64,000 nucleotides of DNA from Ignisphaera sp. Lineage in GTDB: Archaea; Thermoproteota; Thermoprotei_A; Sulfolobales; Ignisphaeraceae. The position numbers and the translations under genes were made by a program. The first letter of the stretch is position 1. Each line of letters opens with the position of its first letter. Of this stretch, positions 20,810-31,056 are shown piece after piece. The stretch lies in assembly GCA_038821645.1 (NCBI GenBank), contig JAWBDT010000004.1, positions 1 to 64,000 of the forward strand, read 5' to 3'. A model generated the notes under the pieces. That model saw nothing but the letters and a program-made list of their open reading frames with translations, searched no databases and had not been told where the DNA came from.

Positions 20810-21508
20810 ATGCCTATACCCAAAAATAGCTTCGTATTAATAGACTACATCATTAGAGTGAAAGATACAAATGAATTGATAGATACAACTATTGAGGAGG
20901 TAGCTAAAAAAGAAGGAAAACACGAGACTGACAAGATCTATGAACCTCTACTAGTTATCGTTGGTGAAAACAGAGTGATACAAGGTCTTGAAGAGCATAT
21001 AGAGAATGTAGCTGAAGTAGGTAATGAATACGAGATAGAAATTCCTCCAGAAAAAGCCTATGGAAATAGGGATCCATCAAAAGTCAAAATAATGAATATA
21101 AATACTATACTCAAAAGGAATATTGTTCCAGAAGTTGGAAAAACAATTGAAATAGATGGTCAAATCGGTATAGTAAAAGCAATAACTGGAGGTAGAGTTA
21201 TGATAGACTTCAATCATCCACTTGCAGGTAAAACACTTCTATGCAAGTATAAGGTGGTTAAAGTCATTCAAGATGAAGCTGAAAAAGTTCGATGGTTATT
21301 ACATAGAAGGTACAAGCGTATACCATTAGATAGGTTTGATATAAAGATAGAGCCAGAGAAAATGACTATATATGTAGAGCTTCCAAGAGAGATATATCTC
21401 GATAGAGAGCTTCAGCTTGTTAAAGCATTGATAGCTGAAGAAATATACAAATACGTGAGTAACTACAATACTGTAGTCTATATAGAAAAATACACAAAAA
21501 CTGGATAG
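20810..21508 (+). CDS. Long-type FKBP peptidyl-prolyl isomerase (SlyD-like)
   Basis: IDTT, IPPEKAYG, DFNHPLAGK. Confidence 0.92.
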   Translation: MPIPKNSFVLIDYIIRVKDTNELIDTTIEEVAKKEGKHETDKIYEPLLVIVGENRVIQGLEEHIENVAEVGNEYEIEIPPEKAYGNRDPSKVKIMNINTILKRNIVPEVGKTIEIDGQIGIVKAITGGRVMIDFNHPLAGKTLLCKYKVVKVIQDEAEKVRWLLHRRYKRIPLDRFDIKIEPEKMTIYVELPREIYLDRELQLVKALIAEEIYKYVSNYNTVVYIEKYTKTG

Positions 21509-21616
21509 AATGGTATCTATCTATTAATGTATAGTACCAAGTATTTTTAAATCGAATGCTTTAACCATTTATACGTATAGAGAGATAGTGTCTTATTATT
21601 TCAATGGAGATGTGGT

Positions 21617-22309
21617 ATGGAGAACAATCCTTGTGAACGTCTTGTTAAATATGTAACGAACTTTAAGAACAGTATGAAGTCACTAAAAGTACTGGATTCA
21701 TCAGCTTCAAAAGTTGTATCTCTAGCTGTAGACTATATGAAGGATTCTCAATACTATCTCGAGAAAGGCGATTGTATCACAGGGCTAGTCACAATATCTT
21801 ATGCCGAAGGACTTCTAGATGCGTTAAGAATGATGCAAGCTATTGAATGGAAGTGGAGTAGATCTGGAGATACAGTAGTATTTGCGGCAGGTTCTTTCGA
21901 TATTCTTCATCCAGGTCATATAGAGTTTCTTAAATGGGCTTCGAGTTTAGGAAACAAACTTGTTGTTATTGTATCAAGAGATAGCAACTATAGAAGGTTT
22001 AAAGGATTCAATCCGATATTTAGTGAAGATGAAAGAGTCAAATTAGTTGAATCTATCAGATATGTGTATAGAGCCTTCATAGGATCAGATAAAGATATTT
22101 TCGATTCAGTCATTAATGTGAAACCCTCAATCATAGCCCTAGGTTATGATCAACCACAACCAGAATATATAATCAGCGAGCTAAAAAGTAGAGGTATAGA
22201 TGATGTAGTTGTTGTTAGAATTCCTAAAAAAATCGGAGAATATTCATCTTCTATGATTAAATCCAAGATATGTAGCGAATGGTGTGCACAACAGTATGAG
22301 TATGTGTAG
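21617..22309 (+). CDS. DUF357 domain fused to FAD synthase-like cytidylyltransferase
   Basis: N-terminal YMKDSQYYLEKGD...SYAEGLLDAL; C-terminal GSFDILHPGH, ALGYDQ, SSSMIK. Confidence 0.8.
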   Translation: MENNPCERLVKYVTNFKNSMKSLKVLDSSASKVVSLAVDYMKDSQYYLEKGDCITGLVTISYAEGLLDALRMMQAIEWKWSRSGDTVVFAAGSFDILHPGHIEFLKWASSLGNKLVVIVSRDSNYRRFKGFNPIFSEDERVKLVESIRYVYRAFIGSDKDIFDSVINVKPSIIALGYDQPQPEYIISELKSRGIDDVVVVRIPKKIGEYSSSMIKSKICSEWCAQQYEYV

Positions 22310-22341
22310 GCTTAGATATAAGGTAGGTTCATACAATTTAG

Positions 22342-24273
22342 CTATAGGTTGTATGCTAATGTGTAGGAGTCCAATATATTCGGTATCCTTATATCTATAT
22401 TCTCTAGATACATTTTCTTCTTATATTTAGCTATATCGTTTGCAAATTCATGTATAACGTTTTTCTCGCCATGAACTAGAAATACTATTGATGGTTTTGG
22501 TTCTATATGTCTTAGATATTCTAATAATTGACGTCTATCTGAATGACCCGAAAATCCTTCAACTGCATGTACCTGCATCTTTACCCTAATTATCTCTACT
22601 TTACCTCTATCGTTAACGAATGCGACCTCTTTAGCACCATCCTTAACCCTTCTTCCTAACGTGCCTTCTACTTGATAGCTAACGAAGATTATTGAGTTAT
22701 TTGGGTTAGGAGCCATCAACTTAAAGTATTCAACAGCAGGTCCACCTGTAAGCATTCCAGAGGTTGAGATAATTATTGCTGGTTCAGAGCTTTCAACAAT
22801 TTCTGTTCTTGGTTCTCGTCCTTCAATTCTTACGAAAGTTTCGTATTCAAATGGATTTTCACCATCTTTTAATCTTTTGCTCAAATCTCTCGACAAAAGA
22901 TCTGGATAAGCTGTATGTATAGCTGTAGCTTCATGAACCATACCTTCTATATATACCGGCATTGACGGTATCTTGTTTTGTCTCATAGCATCAGCAAGTA
23001 TCACCATTATTTCTTGGGCTCTCCCTATACTGAGGGTAGGTATTAATATCTTTCCTCTTCTCTGATACGTATCGATAATTATTTTTAGAAGTGTTTCCTC
23101 AGCTTCATCTCTTTTAGGTTGCTCAGTCGTACCGTAGGTACTTTCCATTATTACTGCATCTACTCTTGGAAATCTGTAATCAGCTCTCTCAAGTAGTCTA
23201 GTCTTACCGAACTTGAAGTCTCCTGTATACACTATATTGTAGAATCCATTACCTATATGTAAGTGGGCTATAGCTGAACCAAGTATATGTCCTGCGTTAT
23301 AGAGAGTTAATCTGATATCTGGAGCAATATCAGTAACAACCTCATACTTTAGTGCAACAGTATGTAGCAACATCTTTTCAACGTCTTTAAGTGTAAAAGG
23401 TGGTTCTATGCCCTCTCTTTCCGTTATTTCAAGATAGTCCTTAAGCAAAAGTACCATCAAGTCTCTAGTAGCTTCTGTGGTGTATACAGCTCCCCTAAAT
23501 CCATACTTAAAGAGGTAAGGAACAAAACCAGCGTGATCTAGATGGGCATGGCTAACAATTACAACATCTATATCTTGTGGATCTATCTTTAGTAGATCTA
23601 TTCTTGGAAAGCTATTAGGTGATAAACCTTTGCCAGGATTCATACCGAAATCAAGTAGTAGCGTTGTTTCAGCTGTCTCTAGTAATATAGCTGATCTACC
23701 TACTTCTTGAGCAGCCCCAAGAAATGTCATTCTTACGTAGTTGTTTCCGTTCTTGGCTAAGATAACGTCTCTATGTATCGATTCTCCGAGATCTCTAAGA
23801 AATCTTAATCTATATTCGCTTTGAGCTAAGTATCCTCTCATAACTTCTTCAAGTACTCTGGATCTTATTGGTGTAACCCGTAGGGTTCTAGGTCTCCATC
23901 CTGTGTAAACAAGTATTTGATTAAGTTTATCATCTAATAGATGTGGCTTCTTAGCTTTTATCACAACTTCTCCTAAAACATGATCAAACTCTATATCCTC
24001 TATCTCGGCTTCAGTTGGCGCAATACTGTTTATGTATTCTTTTACCTCATTTACATTCTTTCTTATTGATGGATCTGTTCTAACAACAATCCTCTTCTTT
24101 ACAGATTTCGCTATTTGAGATATTATGCCGCTTTGCTCCAATAAGAACTCTGGATTCTTAACATAGATAGCTATTTCTGGTCCTTCAAACTCTAGTCTTG
24201 TTACTTGTGCTGAAGGCGGTATTGTCTTCAGTATAACAGACCTTATATAGGCTAGATCTATGTTGAAACTCAT
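22342..24273 (-). CDS. fttA: Beta-CASP ribonuclease aCPSF1/FttA (transcription termination factor)
   Basis: KH-domain N-terminus (EFEGPEI), SHAHLDH, AGHILGS, GFSGHSD; adjacent to proteasome beta. Confidence 0.95.
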   Translation of the reverse strand: MSFNIDLAYIRSVILKTIPPSAQVTRLEFEGPEIAIYVKNPEFLLEQSGIISQIAKSVKKRIVVRTDPSIRKNVNEVKEYINSIAPTEAEIEDIEFDHVLGEVVIKAKKPHLLDDKLNQILVYTGWRPRTLRVTPIRSRVLEEVMRGYLAQSEYRLRFLRDLGESIHRDVILAKNGNNYVRMTFLGAAQEVGRSAILLETAETTLLLDFGMNPGKGLSPNSFPRIDLLKIDPQDIDVVIVSHAHLDHAGFVPYLFKYGFRGAVYTTEATRDLMVLLLKDYLEITEREGIEPPFTLKDVEKMLLHTVALKYEVVTDIAPDIRLTLYNAGHILGSAIAHLHIGNGFYNIVYTGDFKFGKTRLLERADYRFPRVDAVIMESTYGTTEQPKRDEAEETLLKIIIDTYQRRGKILIPTLSIGRAQEIMVILADAMRQNKIPSMPVYIEGMVHEATAIHTAYPDLLSRDLSKRLKDGENPFEYETFVRIEGREPRTEIVESSEPAIIISTSGMLTGGPAVEYFKLMAPNPNNSIIFVSYQVEGTLGRRVKDGAKEVAFVNDRGKVEIIRVKMQVHAVEGFSGHSDRRQLLEYLRHIEPKPSIVFLVHGEKNVIHEFANDIAKYKKKMYLENIDIRIPNILDSYTLAYNL

Positions 24274-24968
24274 GAGTATATTCTACCAACGATATTTTTA
24301 ATCTCCTCTCCCTGAAAAGTGTGTTCTCTATACATATTCTTTCCTATAATGACAACATCAATTCCCACACCACCACTAAATACGTCTCTAGATGAAGCTG
24401 CTGCTATTGCTTTAACAGCTAGCTTTATTGATTCTTCTGGATCTAGATCTTCTGTATAGTTAGACTCTATTATGCTTATAGCTAGCGGTGAACCTGAACC
24501 TGTAGCAGCATATTTCTCTTCAGTAACATCACCATAAGGTTCTATAGCGAAAAGCTTCGGTCCTTCGTAGTAGTCGTAGCCTCCAAGTAGAAGCTGTACT
24601 ATAAATGGAAAATACTTATACTCATTTAGTATAAGCCCTAGTAATGATGCCATACTGCGTATACTCATTGGTCTTCTGCTTAGGACCTGGTAGTAGTGAG
24701 ATTCTACTCTTAAGTAGTCTGCAAGTGTTTGTGCATCAGCTACGAGTCCTGCTATTGTTAGAGCACAGTTGTTTGATATCTTTGCTATCTTTTTCACATT
24801 TTTATGAGCTACATAAAGTCCTGCTGTAGCTTTCTTGTCTGCAGCTAATACCACAAACTCTTTGAGTCTCATTCCTACAGTAGTTGTGCCTTTATATACA
24901 TTTTCGAGTTTCCTCAATATGTTTTCTGGAAATGAAAATCCTGTTTCATACATGATTTGGCTCCTCAT
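24270..24968 (-). CDS. psmB: Proteasome subunit beta
   Basis: Propeptide followed by G|TTTVG, AGLVADAQ, ATGSGS; start may be ATG 24953. Confidence 0.95.
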   Translation of the reverse strand: MRSQIMYETGFSFPENILRKLENVYKGTTTVGMRLKEFVVLAADKKATAGLYVAHKNVKKIAKISNNCALTIAGLVADAQTLADYLRVESHYYQVLSRRPMSIRSMASLLGLILNEYKYFPFIVQLLLGGYDYYEGPKLFAIEPYGDVTEEKYAATGSGSPLAISIIESNYTEDLDPEESIKLAVKAIAAASSRDVFSGGVGIDVVIIGKNMYREHTFQGEEIKNIVGRIYS

Positions 24969-25036
24969 CAGAAGATACTAACCGCTCTCACTCTTCTGCA
25001 TGCAAGCTTAATAAGTCTCTATGAAATAGTTAGGAT

Positions 25037-26113
25037 ATGTGTACTTATATGTGTAATGAGCATAGAATTGATCTACCTAAGAGAGTAATAGTTGGTACGA
25101 AAATTATTGACAATATTGGTGCAGTAGTCAGAGAGATGCAGCTAGGTTCTCGTGCTCTAATTGTTTCAGGAACTACATCAACCTTAAGTTATGCTAAAAC
25201 TGTTGTCGAATCTCTTGAAGATAAAGATATAGATTGTTGGAGTATACATGTTGCTAAATCGACTAAAGAAGATGTTGAGAAAACTGTTGACATAGTTAGA
25301 GAAGTTGGTGTCAATATTATTGTTGGCGTTGGAGGTGGAAAAGCACTTGATGTAGCTAAGTATGCAGCTGCTGTTACAGATAAGTACTTTATTAGTGTAC
25401 CTACATCACCATCACATGACGGTATTGCATCACCTTTTGCCTCAATACGTGATATGGGTAAACCAACATCGATCAAAGCTGCTACACCAGTTCTTGTACT
25501 AGCTGATGTGGAAATCATATCCAGAGCTCCTAGGAGAAACATTATAGCTGGTTGTTGTGATCTTATAGGAAAATTTTCTTCAGTACTTGATTGGAGGTTG
25601 GCTCATAAACTTAGGGGAGAATATTATGGAGATTATGCAGCTTCATTAGCTCTTCTTTCAGCGAAACATATATTAAAGAATAGCGAGTTATTTGAAGAGA
25701 AGACATTTCCATTAGAAGCAATAAGAATACTTGTAGAGGCTCTCATAAGTAGTGGTATAGCCATGGCTATAGCAGGATCTACTAGACCTGCTAGTGGTTC
25801 TGAACATATGATAGCACATGCAATAGATATAGTCGCTAACTATCCAGCTCTACATGGCGAAGAAGTCGGTATTGGCACCATAATATCGCTATATCTACAT
25901 GGCAGAAACTGGAAAAAGATAAGATCTGTACTAAGGAAAATAGGCGCACCTACAACAGCTAGAGAACTAGGGGTTAGTTTAGATAAAATCGTTGAAGCTT
26001 TATCGATAGCACATACTATTAGACCCGAAAGATACACGATTCTTGGAGAGAAAGGTATTTCAAAAGAAGCAGCAGAAAGGATAGTTAAGGTAACAGGAAT
26101 AGCTGAAGAATAA
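25037..26113 (+). CDS. egsA: sn-glycerol-1-phosphate dehydrogenase
   Basis: GVGGGKALDVAK, SHDGIASP, RPASGSEH, HGEEVG, RPERYTILG. Confidence 0.94.
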   Translation: MCTYMCNEHRIDLPKRVIVGTKIIDNIGAVVREMQLGSRALIVSGTTSTLSYAKTVVESLEDKDIDCWSIHVAKSTKEDVEKTVDIVREVGVNIIVGVGGGKALDVAKYAAAVTDKYFISVPTSPSHDGIASPFASIRDMGKPTSIKAATPVLVLADVEIISRAPRRNIIAGCCDLIGKFSSVLDWRLAHKLRGEYYGDYAASLALLSAKHILKNSELFEEKTFPLEAIRILVEALISSGIAMAIAGSTRPASGSEHMIAHAIDIVANYPALHGEEVGIGTIISLYLHGRNWKKIRSVLRKIGAPTTARELGVSLDKIVEALSIAHTIRPERYTILGEKGISKEAAERIVKVTGIAEE

Positions 26114-26153
26114 CAAGATGATATGTAATCGGTAGATCGTTTGGTAAAAGCAA

Positions 26154-26888
26154 ATGATACTTATAGCTGGAGGTGGATTCTATGGAACAAAAGCTCTACT
26201 ATCAATAGATAATAAAGATGAAGTTCTCGTTGTGGATATCAATAGCAAATGTCCAGCTAACAGATATGTTGATTGTACACTACAAAGTCTAGATGAACTA
26301 ATGAGAAAAGGAAAAAGATGTAGAAAGGTCTTGCTGATAGCTGACGTGGTAGAGGTTCTTCTTAGATTGTTGATGCTAAATATAATTCCTTCAATTATAA
26401 TACCTACTGTTCCAATACATTTGGCTGGAAAAGTTGTAGAGAGGTATCTAATTACTAAAGCATGTAGTGTATATCCATCTAAATCTATAGCTAGAGTTGT
26501 TGATATGGTTAAAGATTATGGGGTTGAGGTAAGAGTCGATTCTCTAAATGGAATAGTTGTAATGAGTTACATGCCGTTTAACAAACTATGTAAACCTGAT
26601 TGCATAGAACCTCCTGTATGCCCCATTACAGGTAAAACTAAAATAGCTCCACTCAAAGAGATCCTAAAATATGTTTTGAGGCATATAACTAATTTAGGCA
26701 TAGTACTTGAGTCACAATTTATTGTAGAGGGAATTGGGGGTTATAGTGGTTTAGAATTATATAGCTTCCTAAAGGATTTAGATAAATGTATAGATCGCTA
26801 TAATCTAATTGCTATAGCAACTGCATGTTCATGTCATGGTGTAGCTAACATATTTGAAGTAATACCCAGAAATAAAACCTATGATTAA
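26154..26888 (+). CDS. Uncharacterised Rossmann-like protein with Cys-rich C-terminus
   Basis: IAGGGFYG...VVD dinucleotide-binding start; CKPDCIEPPVCP and ATACSCHG. Confidence 0.65.
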   Translation: MILIAGGGFYGTKALLSIDNKDEVLVVDINSKCPANRYVDCTLQSLDELMRKGKRCRKVLLIADVVEVLLRLLMLNIIPSIIIPTVPIHLAGKVVERYLITKACSVYPSKSIARVVDMVKDYGVEVRVDSLNGIVVMSYMPFNKLCKPDCIEPPVCPITGKTKIAPLKEILKYVLRHITNLGIVLESQFIVEGIGGYSGLELYSFLKDLDKCIDRYNLIAIATACSCHGVANIFEVIPRNKTYD

Positions 26889-27072
26889 GCAAATAAGTTT
26901 CAAATATATTGATTATAGATAGATAGTATTAAGATATTTTAATCCTTTAGAATTGTAAAGGAAATAGAGCTAACATGAGCCACGTTATTCACATTTAATT
27001 TTAGTTTCATTTTAGATAGATATACTGAGCTCTATTATCCTAAGATTCTATACATTTTTATAGCTATTACAA

Positions 27073-28299
27073 TTATTCTATTCTTATATGGGTAAGAGCT
27101 TTACGTGCTTTCTCAAGAGCTTCTTCTACAGTAAGACCTTTAGCTAATATTACAGCCATTCTTCTTTCTCTATACGTTGCCGGTTTACCGAAGATCCTTA
27201 TGTCTACTCCAGGTATCTTTAATGCTTCATAAACTCCATAGAATTTTGGTGCCCATATATTGTCTTTATCTGTGTATATAGCTAGACTTGCAGCTGGTGT
27301 CACTATTCTTGGTCTAGGTATAGGTAAGCCCAATATGGCTCTAACATGTATTGCGAATTCGCTCAATTCCTGACTAGCCATGGTGACCATACCTGTATCA
27401 TGAGGTCTTGGAGCCACTTCGCTAAACAGAATTCTACCGTCTTTTGTTAGGAATACTTCTACACCGAATATCCCTAAACCGCCGAGAGCCTTAGCAACAG
27501 CTATACCTATTTCTTTAGCTTTGTTCAGTACTTCTGAGGATCTAGTTGAGGGTTGCCATGACTCTATGTAGTGGTAGTGACCGTATCTCCAATGTTCAAC
27601 AGGTTCACATGTATCTGTTACTATAGAGTTATCTTCATCTAGATATCTATAACTTAATACAGTAAATTCCGTTTCTAGATTTACATATTCTTCAACTATC
27701 ACACGTCCACTTCTACCTCTTGCATGAGCTATAGCGTAGTTATAAGCATCTCTAACAGCTTTAGGAGAAGGTTCGAATATCTTGACATGTCCATGACCAC
27801 TACTACTCATTTCAGGCTTTATTAGACATGGGTAACCAACCTTGTCGCAAGCCTCTACAGCTTCATCTTCGTTAGTAGCAAATACATATTTAGTTGTCGG
27901 TAGCCCTAGTTTTTCTGCTGCATATTTCCTCAGTTCAATTCTATTCATAGCTATCTTTACGGCTGTAGCATTAGGAACTACGAAGTATCCTTCTTCCTCA
28001 AGTTCTATCAATGCATCTGTAGCTATAGCCTCGATCTCGGGAACAATCACATCTGGTTTCTCTCTCTTCACAACAGCTTTAACGGCGTTAGGATTAAGCA
28101 TGTCTATCACATAGCGTCTATGTGCTACATGCATTGCTGGAGCCCAATCATATCTATCTACAGCTACAACTTCTACACCTAGTCTTTGAGCCTCTATAGC
28201 TACCTCTTTACCGAGTTCTCCAGAACCAAGCAACATGATCTTTATCGGTTCATCAAACATAGGTGTTGATAAATAGTTTCTCTTCTTCACATCTACCAC
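27073..28299 (-). CDS. purT: Formate-dependent phosphoribosylglycinamide formyltransferase
   Basis: LLGSGELGKE, PAMHVAH, MSSSGHG, PRPHDTGMVT. Confidence 0.96.
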   Translation of the reverse strand: MVDVKKRNYLSTPMFDEPIKIMLLGSGELGKEVAIEAQRLGVEVVAVDRYDWAPAMHVAHRRYVIDMLNPNAVKAVVKREKPDVIVPEIEAIATDALIELEEEGYFVVPNATAVKIAMNRIELRKYAAEKLGLPTTKYVFATNEDEAVEACDKVGYPCLIKPEMSSSGHGHVKIFEPSPKAVRDAYNYAIAHARGRSGRVIVEEYVNLETEFTVLSYRYLDEDNSIVTDTCEPVEHWRYGHYHYIESWQPSTRSSEVLNKAKEIGIAVAKALGGLGIFGVEVFLTKDGRILFSEVAPRPHDTGMVTMASQELSEFAIHVRAILGLPIPRPRIVTPAASLAIYTDKDNIWAPKFYGVYEALKIPGVDIRIFGKPATYRERRMAVILAKGLTVEEALEKARKALTHIRIE

Positions 28300-29786
28300 C
28301 TTACAGGAGATAAGAGAGGATTTGAATAAATTCCTTCACCTGGTATCCATACATACATCTCACCTAATACCCCCCTTCGAGCTCTATCACTATATATCCT
28401 CCTTATTTTTTCAGCAAGCTTCATTCTCTCTATAACAAGCCATGGCGAACCTATATCACTTCTATGAAATAGAGGCCAGTCATCAAGACTCTCGACATAC
28501 GTTACAGCTTTTTCAGACAATCTATAGGCTTCTTCATAACTTGACCCATAACACACTATCTCTACAGCTCTAGACCCTCTTGTGTATAGATTTCCATCAG
28601 GACCTATACTAACGCTAGCATAAAGTACTTCGCATCCTATATCCTTGATTCTATCTTCATCAACTTTTATAGGGTGATCAATAGCTATTCTCTTATTGTC
28701 TGGATAACCTATAGGTGCTACGGCTTTTACTACAACAACTTTTTCTTCATCTATCTCAAGTTTAGCTGAAGCTAATTTCTGTCTAGCAGCTCTATCTAGA
28801 AGATCTAGAAAATCACTTACTACAATAGGTACAAGATTAGCTGCTTCTGGATCACCAAACCTGCTATAAAACTCTATAACTGTTGGGCCCCATACACCAG
28901 TAAGCATCATTTGTCCTGCGAAAGCACCTACGTAATTGATACCAATCTCAATACTTAAACTATTCAATACTTTTGTAATAATGTCTTTGGTTTTCTCGAA
29001 TTCTTCCTGATTCAAAAATGGTGGTATCCATCCAGGTCCCGATATACTCCCCATACCACCTGTTTCTGGACCTGTGTCGAATTCGTATGCATGAGGATGG
29101 TCCTGTATTACAGGTAGAAACACGAAGCTACTTCCATCAGTTATAACTTGGGCTGTGTATTCTACTCCTTCAACTCTTTGTTCAACAAGTATCTTGTAAT
29201 CTATATCTCTATAGCTCTCCATCTCGGAATAGAGTTTATCTATATAGCTTTTCTTTACATTAATCTTATCCTTTGAGAGATAGGCTTGAGTATCCTTAAG
29301 AACCTTAACACCTTTTCCACCAGCTTGACGAGCGGGCTTTATCACAACATCTCCAGCAAACTCTATGAATTTCTTTGCTTCATCAATACTTCTGAACGCT
29401 TTAAAGTAGAGTCTTCCAGGTATTTCGTATTTCCACATCAATGTTCTTGCAAAAACCTTACTCTTCTCTATTTCTGCACATTTAGCATCTGCTCCAAATA
29501 CTATGAACCCCTTCTCTCTTAGGTATGTAGAGACTCCACTAAACTGTGGTTCCTCAGGACCTATAACGACTAGGTCTGGTGAAACTTCTTCAGCAATTTT
29601 GTTAACTTCTTTAGGGCTAGTTGTTGTAGCTATAAACCATCTTCCTCCAGATTTCTCAGAAATTCTTTCTAAACCAGGATTCCTATAATCCATAACTATA
29701 TAGATCTTTGGATTCAGCATACTTCTAGATATCAGAAGTGTTAATGCATGTTCTCTTCCTCCAGACCCCACCAACAAAACTTTCAT
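28293..29786 (-). CDS. purD: Phosphoribosylamine-glycine ligase
   Basis: VGSGGREHA, IGPEEP, GGKGV, ETGGMG, RFGDPE; ATG at 29786. Confidence 0.94.
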   Translation of the reverse strand: MKVLLVGSGGREHALTLLISRSMLNPKIYIVMDYRNPGLERISEKSGGRWFIATTTSPKEVNKIAEEVSPDLVVIGPEEPQFSGVSTYLREKGFIVFGADAKCAEIEKSKVFARTLMWKYEIPGRLYFKAFRSIDEAKKFIEFAGDVVIKPARQAGGKGVKVLKDTQAYLSKDKINVKKSYIDKLYSEMESYRDIDYKILVEQRVEGVEYTAQVITDGSSFVFLPVIQDHPHAYEFDTGPETGGMGSISGPGWIPPFLNQEEFEKTKDIITKVLNSLSIEIGINYVGAFAGQMMLTGVWGPTVIEFYSRFGDPEAANLVPIVVSDFLDLLDRAARQKLASAKLEIDEEKVVVVKAVAPIGYPDNKRIAIDHPIKVDEDRIKDIGCEVLYASVSIGPDGNLYTRGSRAVEIVCYGSSYEEAYRLSEKAVTYVESLDDWPLFHRSDIGSPWLVIERMKLAEKIRRIYSDRARRGVLGEMYVWIPGEGIYSNPLLSPVRW

Positions 29787-29790
29787 AAAC

Positions 29791-31050
29791 TCACCCAAAA
29801 AACTCATAGCCAAAGCATTTTCCACACAACTTTAGTCTATACATTTTAGCAACAGAATCAATTACTTCTGGCTGTAACCAGCTAAGTGAATCAACTTCGA
29901 GATATTTTAGTGCCATCTCCTTAGATAGATTAGCTGCTAGAAGACTCTCCATATCTAGCTTCATGATGTTGTAGGGACAGGTACTTATTAATGGAGGGCT
30001 AGCTATAAGTAGATGTATTTCATCTACACCAACTCTGTACCTAAGTATCTGAGATATTGTCTTTATTGTAGAACCTGTAACCATACTATCATCCACTATA
30101 GCAACTTTTTTACCCTCAAGACTTTGTCTAATGGGATTCATCTTAAGATGAATCGCTATGAGTTTCTCCCTTGGATCGAACCTAAGCATAGACCTTACTC
30201 TACCTCCTGTAGCGATAAAGGCTAGCTCGAAAGGTTTGTTTATTGCTTGAGAAAAGCCTATAGCGTAAGGTATAGCGGTTTCAGGTACACCTACAACAAC
30301 ATCTACATCTCTATTGAATCGCTTTCCCAGTTCTTTACCTAAACTCTTTCTGAAACCATATACAGATACATTATCTACTATAGCATCATGTCTAGCTAGA
30401 TAGAGTATCTCGAAGAGACATAGTCTTGGGTTTGTGGCTGAAGCTGTATTGAATTTCGTTAAAAGGTATCTGGATATCAGTAGACCTTCACCAGGCAGTA
30501 GAAATTTTCTTGTATCAGCCCCGAGAATATCTATGGCTGTTGTTTCTGAGGATACTATAGCCATATCGAAGCCATATCCTCCTAGAACAAGAGGTGTTAA
30601 TCCACTTACACTTCGCCAAACAATTATATCTCCTCGATTTGTTATAGCGATAAATGAAGGTATGTACTCTTTTGCTCCAAAATCTTCTAAGGCTCTTGTG
30701 ACACCTTTAACTGTACCATCTTTCTTTAAGGCTCTACTAAGCTCTTTGGCTACTTCTTCTAGAACTGCACTAGGTATATCGGCTAAAACAGCGATATTTA
30801 AGCCATCTTCTTTATGGATGTATAGAGCTTCATCTCTATTACTATATGTTGCGGCTATAACCTTGTTTGTAGTAATATGCTCACTAACGTTGTCTATATT
30901 GTTCGCGGTATAACATTTCACATCACCTTCTGAAATACATACAACATAATTTTCAGCACCTCTATGCTGTAGTGACATCAATCCATACCTTACGTAGGGA
31001 CCCAAGCTCCACATGTCATCAAAAGCATATATTGCTAAGAGTCCTGTCAC
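29791..31050 (-). CDS. PurF-like paralogue lacking the N-terminal catalytic Cys
   Basis: LQHRG, VGVPET, IVDDSMVTGST retained; starts MTGLL rather than MCG. Confidence 0.85.
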   Translation of the reverse strand: MTGLLAIYAFDDMWSLGPYVRYGLMSLQHRGAENYVVCISEGDVKCYTANNIDNVSEHITTNKVIAATYSNRDEALYIHKEDGLNIAVLADIPSAVLEEVAKELSRALKKDGTVKGVTRALEDFGAKEYIPSFIAITNRGDIIVWRSVSGLTPLVLGGYGFDMAIVSSETTAIDILGADTRKFLLPGEGLLISRYLLTKFNTASATNPRLCLFEILYLARHDAIVDNVSVYGFRKSLGKELGKRFNRDVDVVVGVPETAIPYAIGFSQAINKPFELAFIATGGRVRSMLRFDPREKLIAIHLKMNPIRQSLEGKKVAIVDDSMVTGSTIKTISQILRYRVGVDEIHLLIASPPLISTCPYNIMKLDMESLLAANLSKEMALKYLEVDSLSWLQPEVIDSVAKMYRLKLCGKCFGYEFFG

Positions 31051-31056
31051 TAAGCA

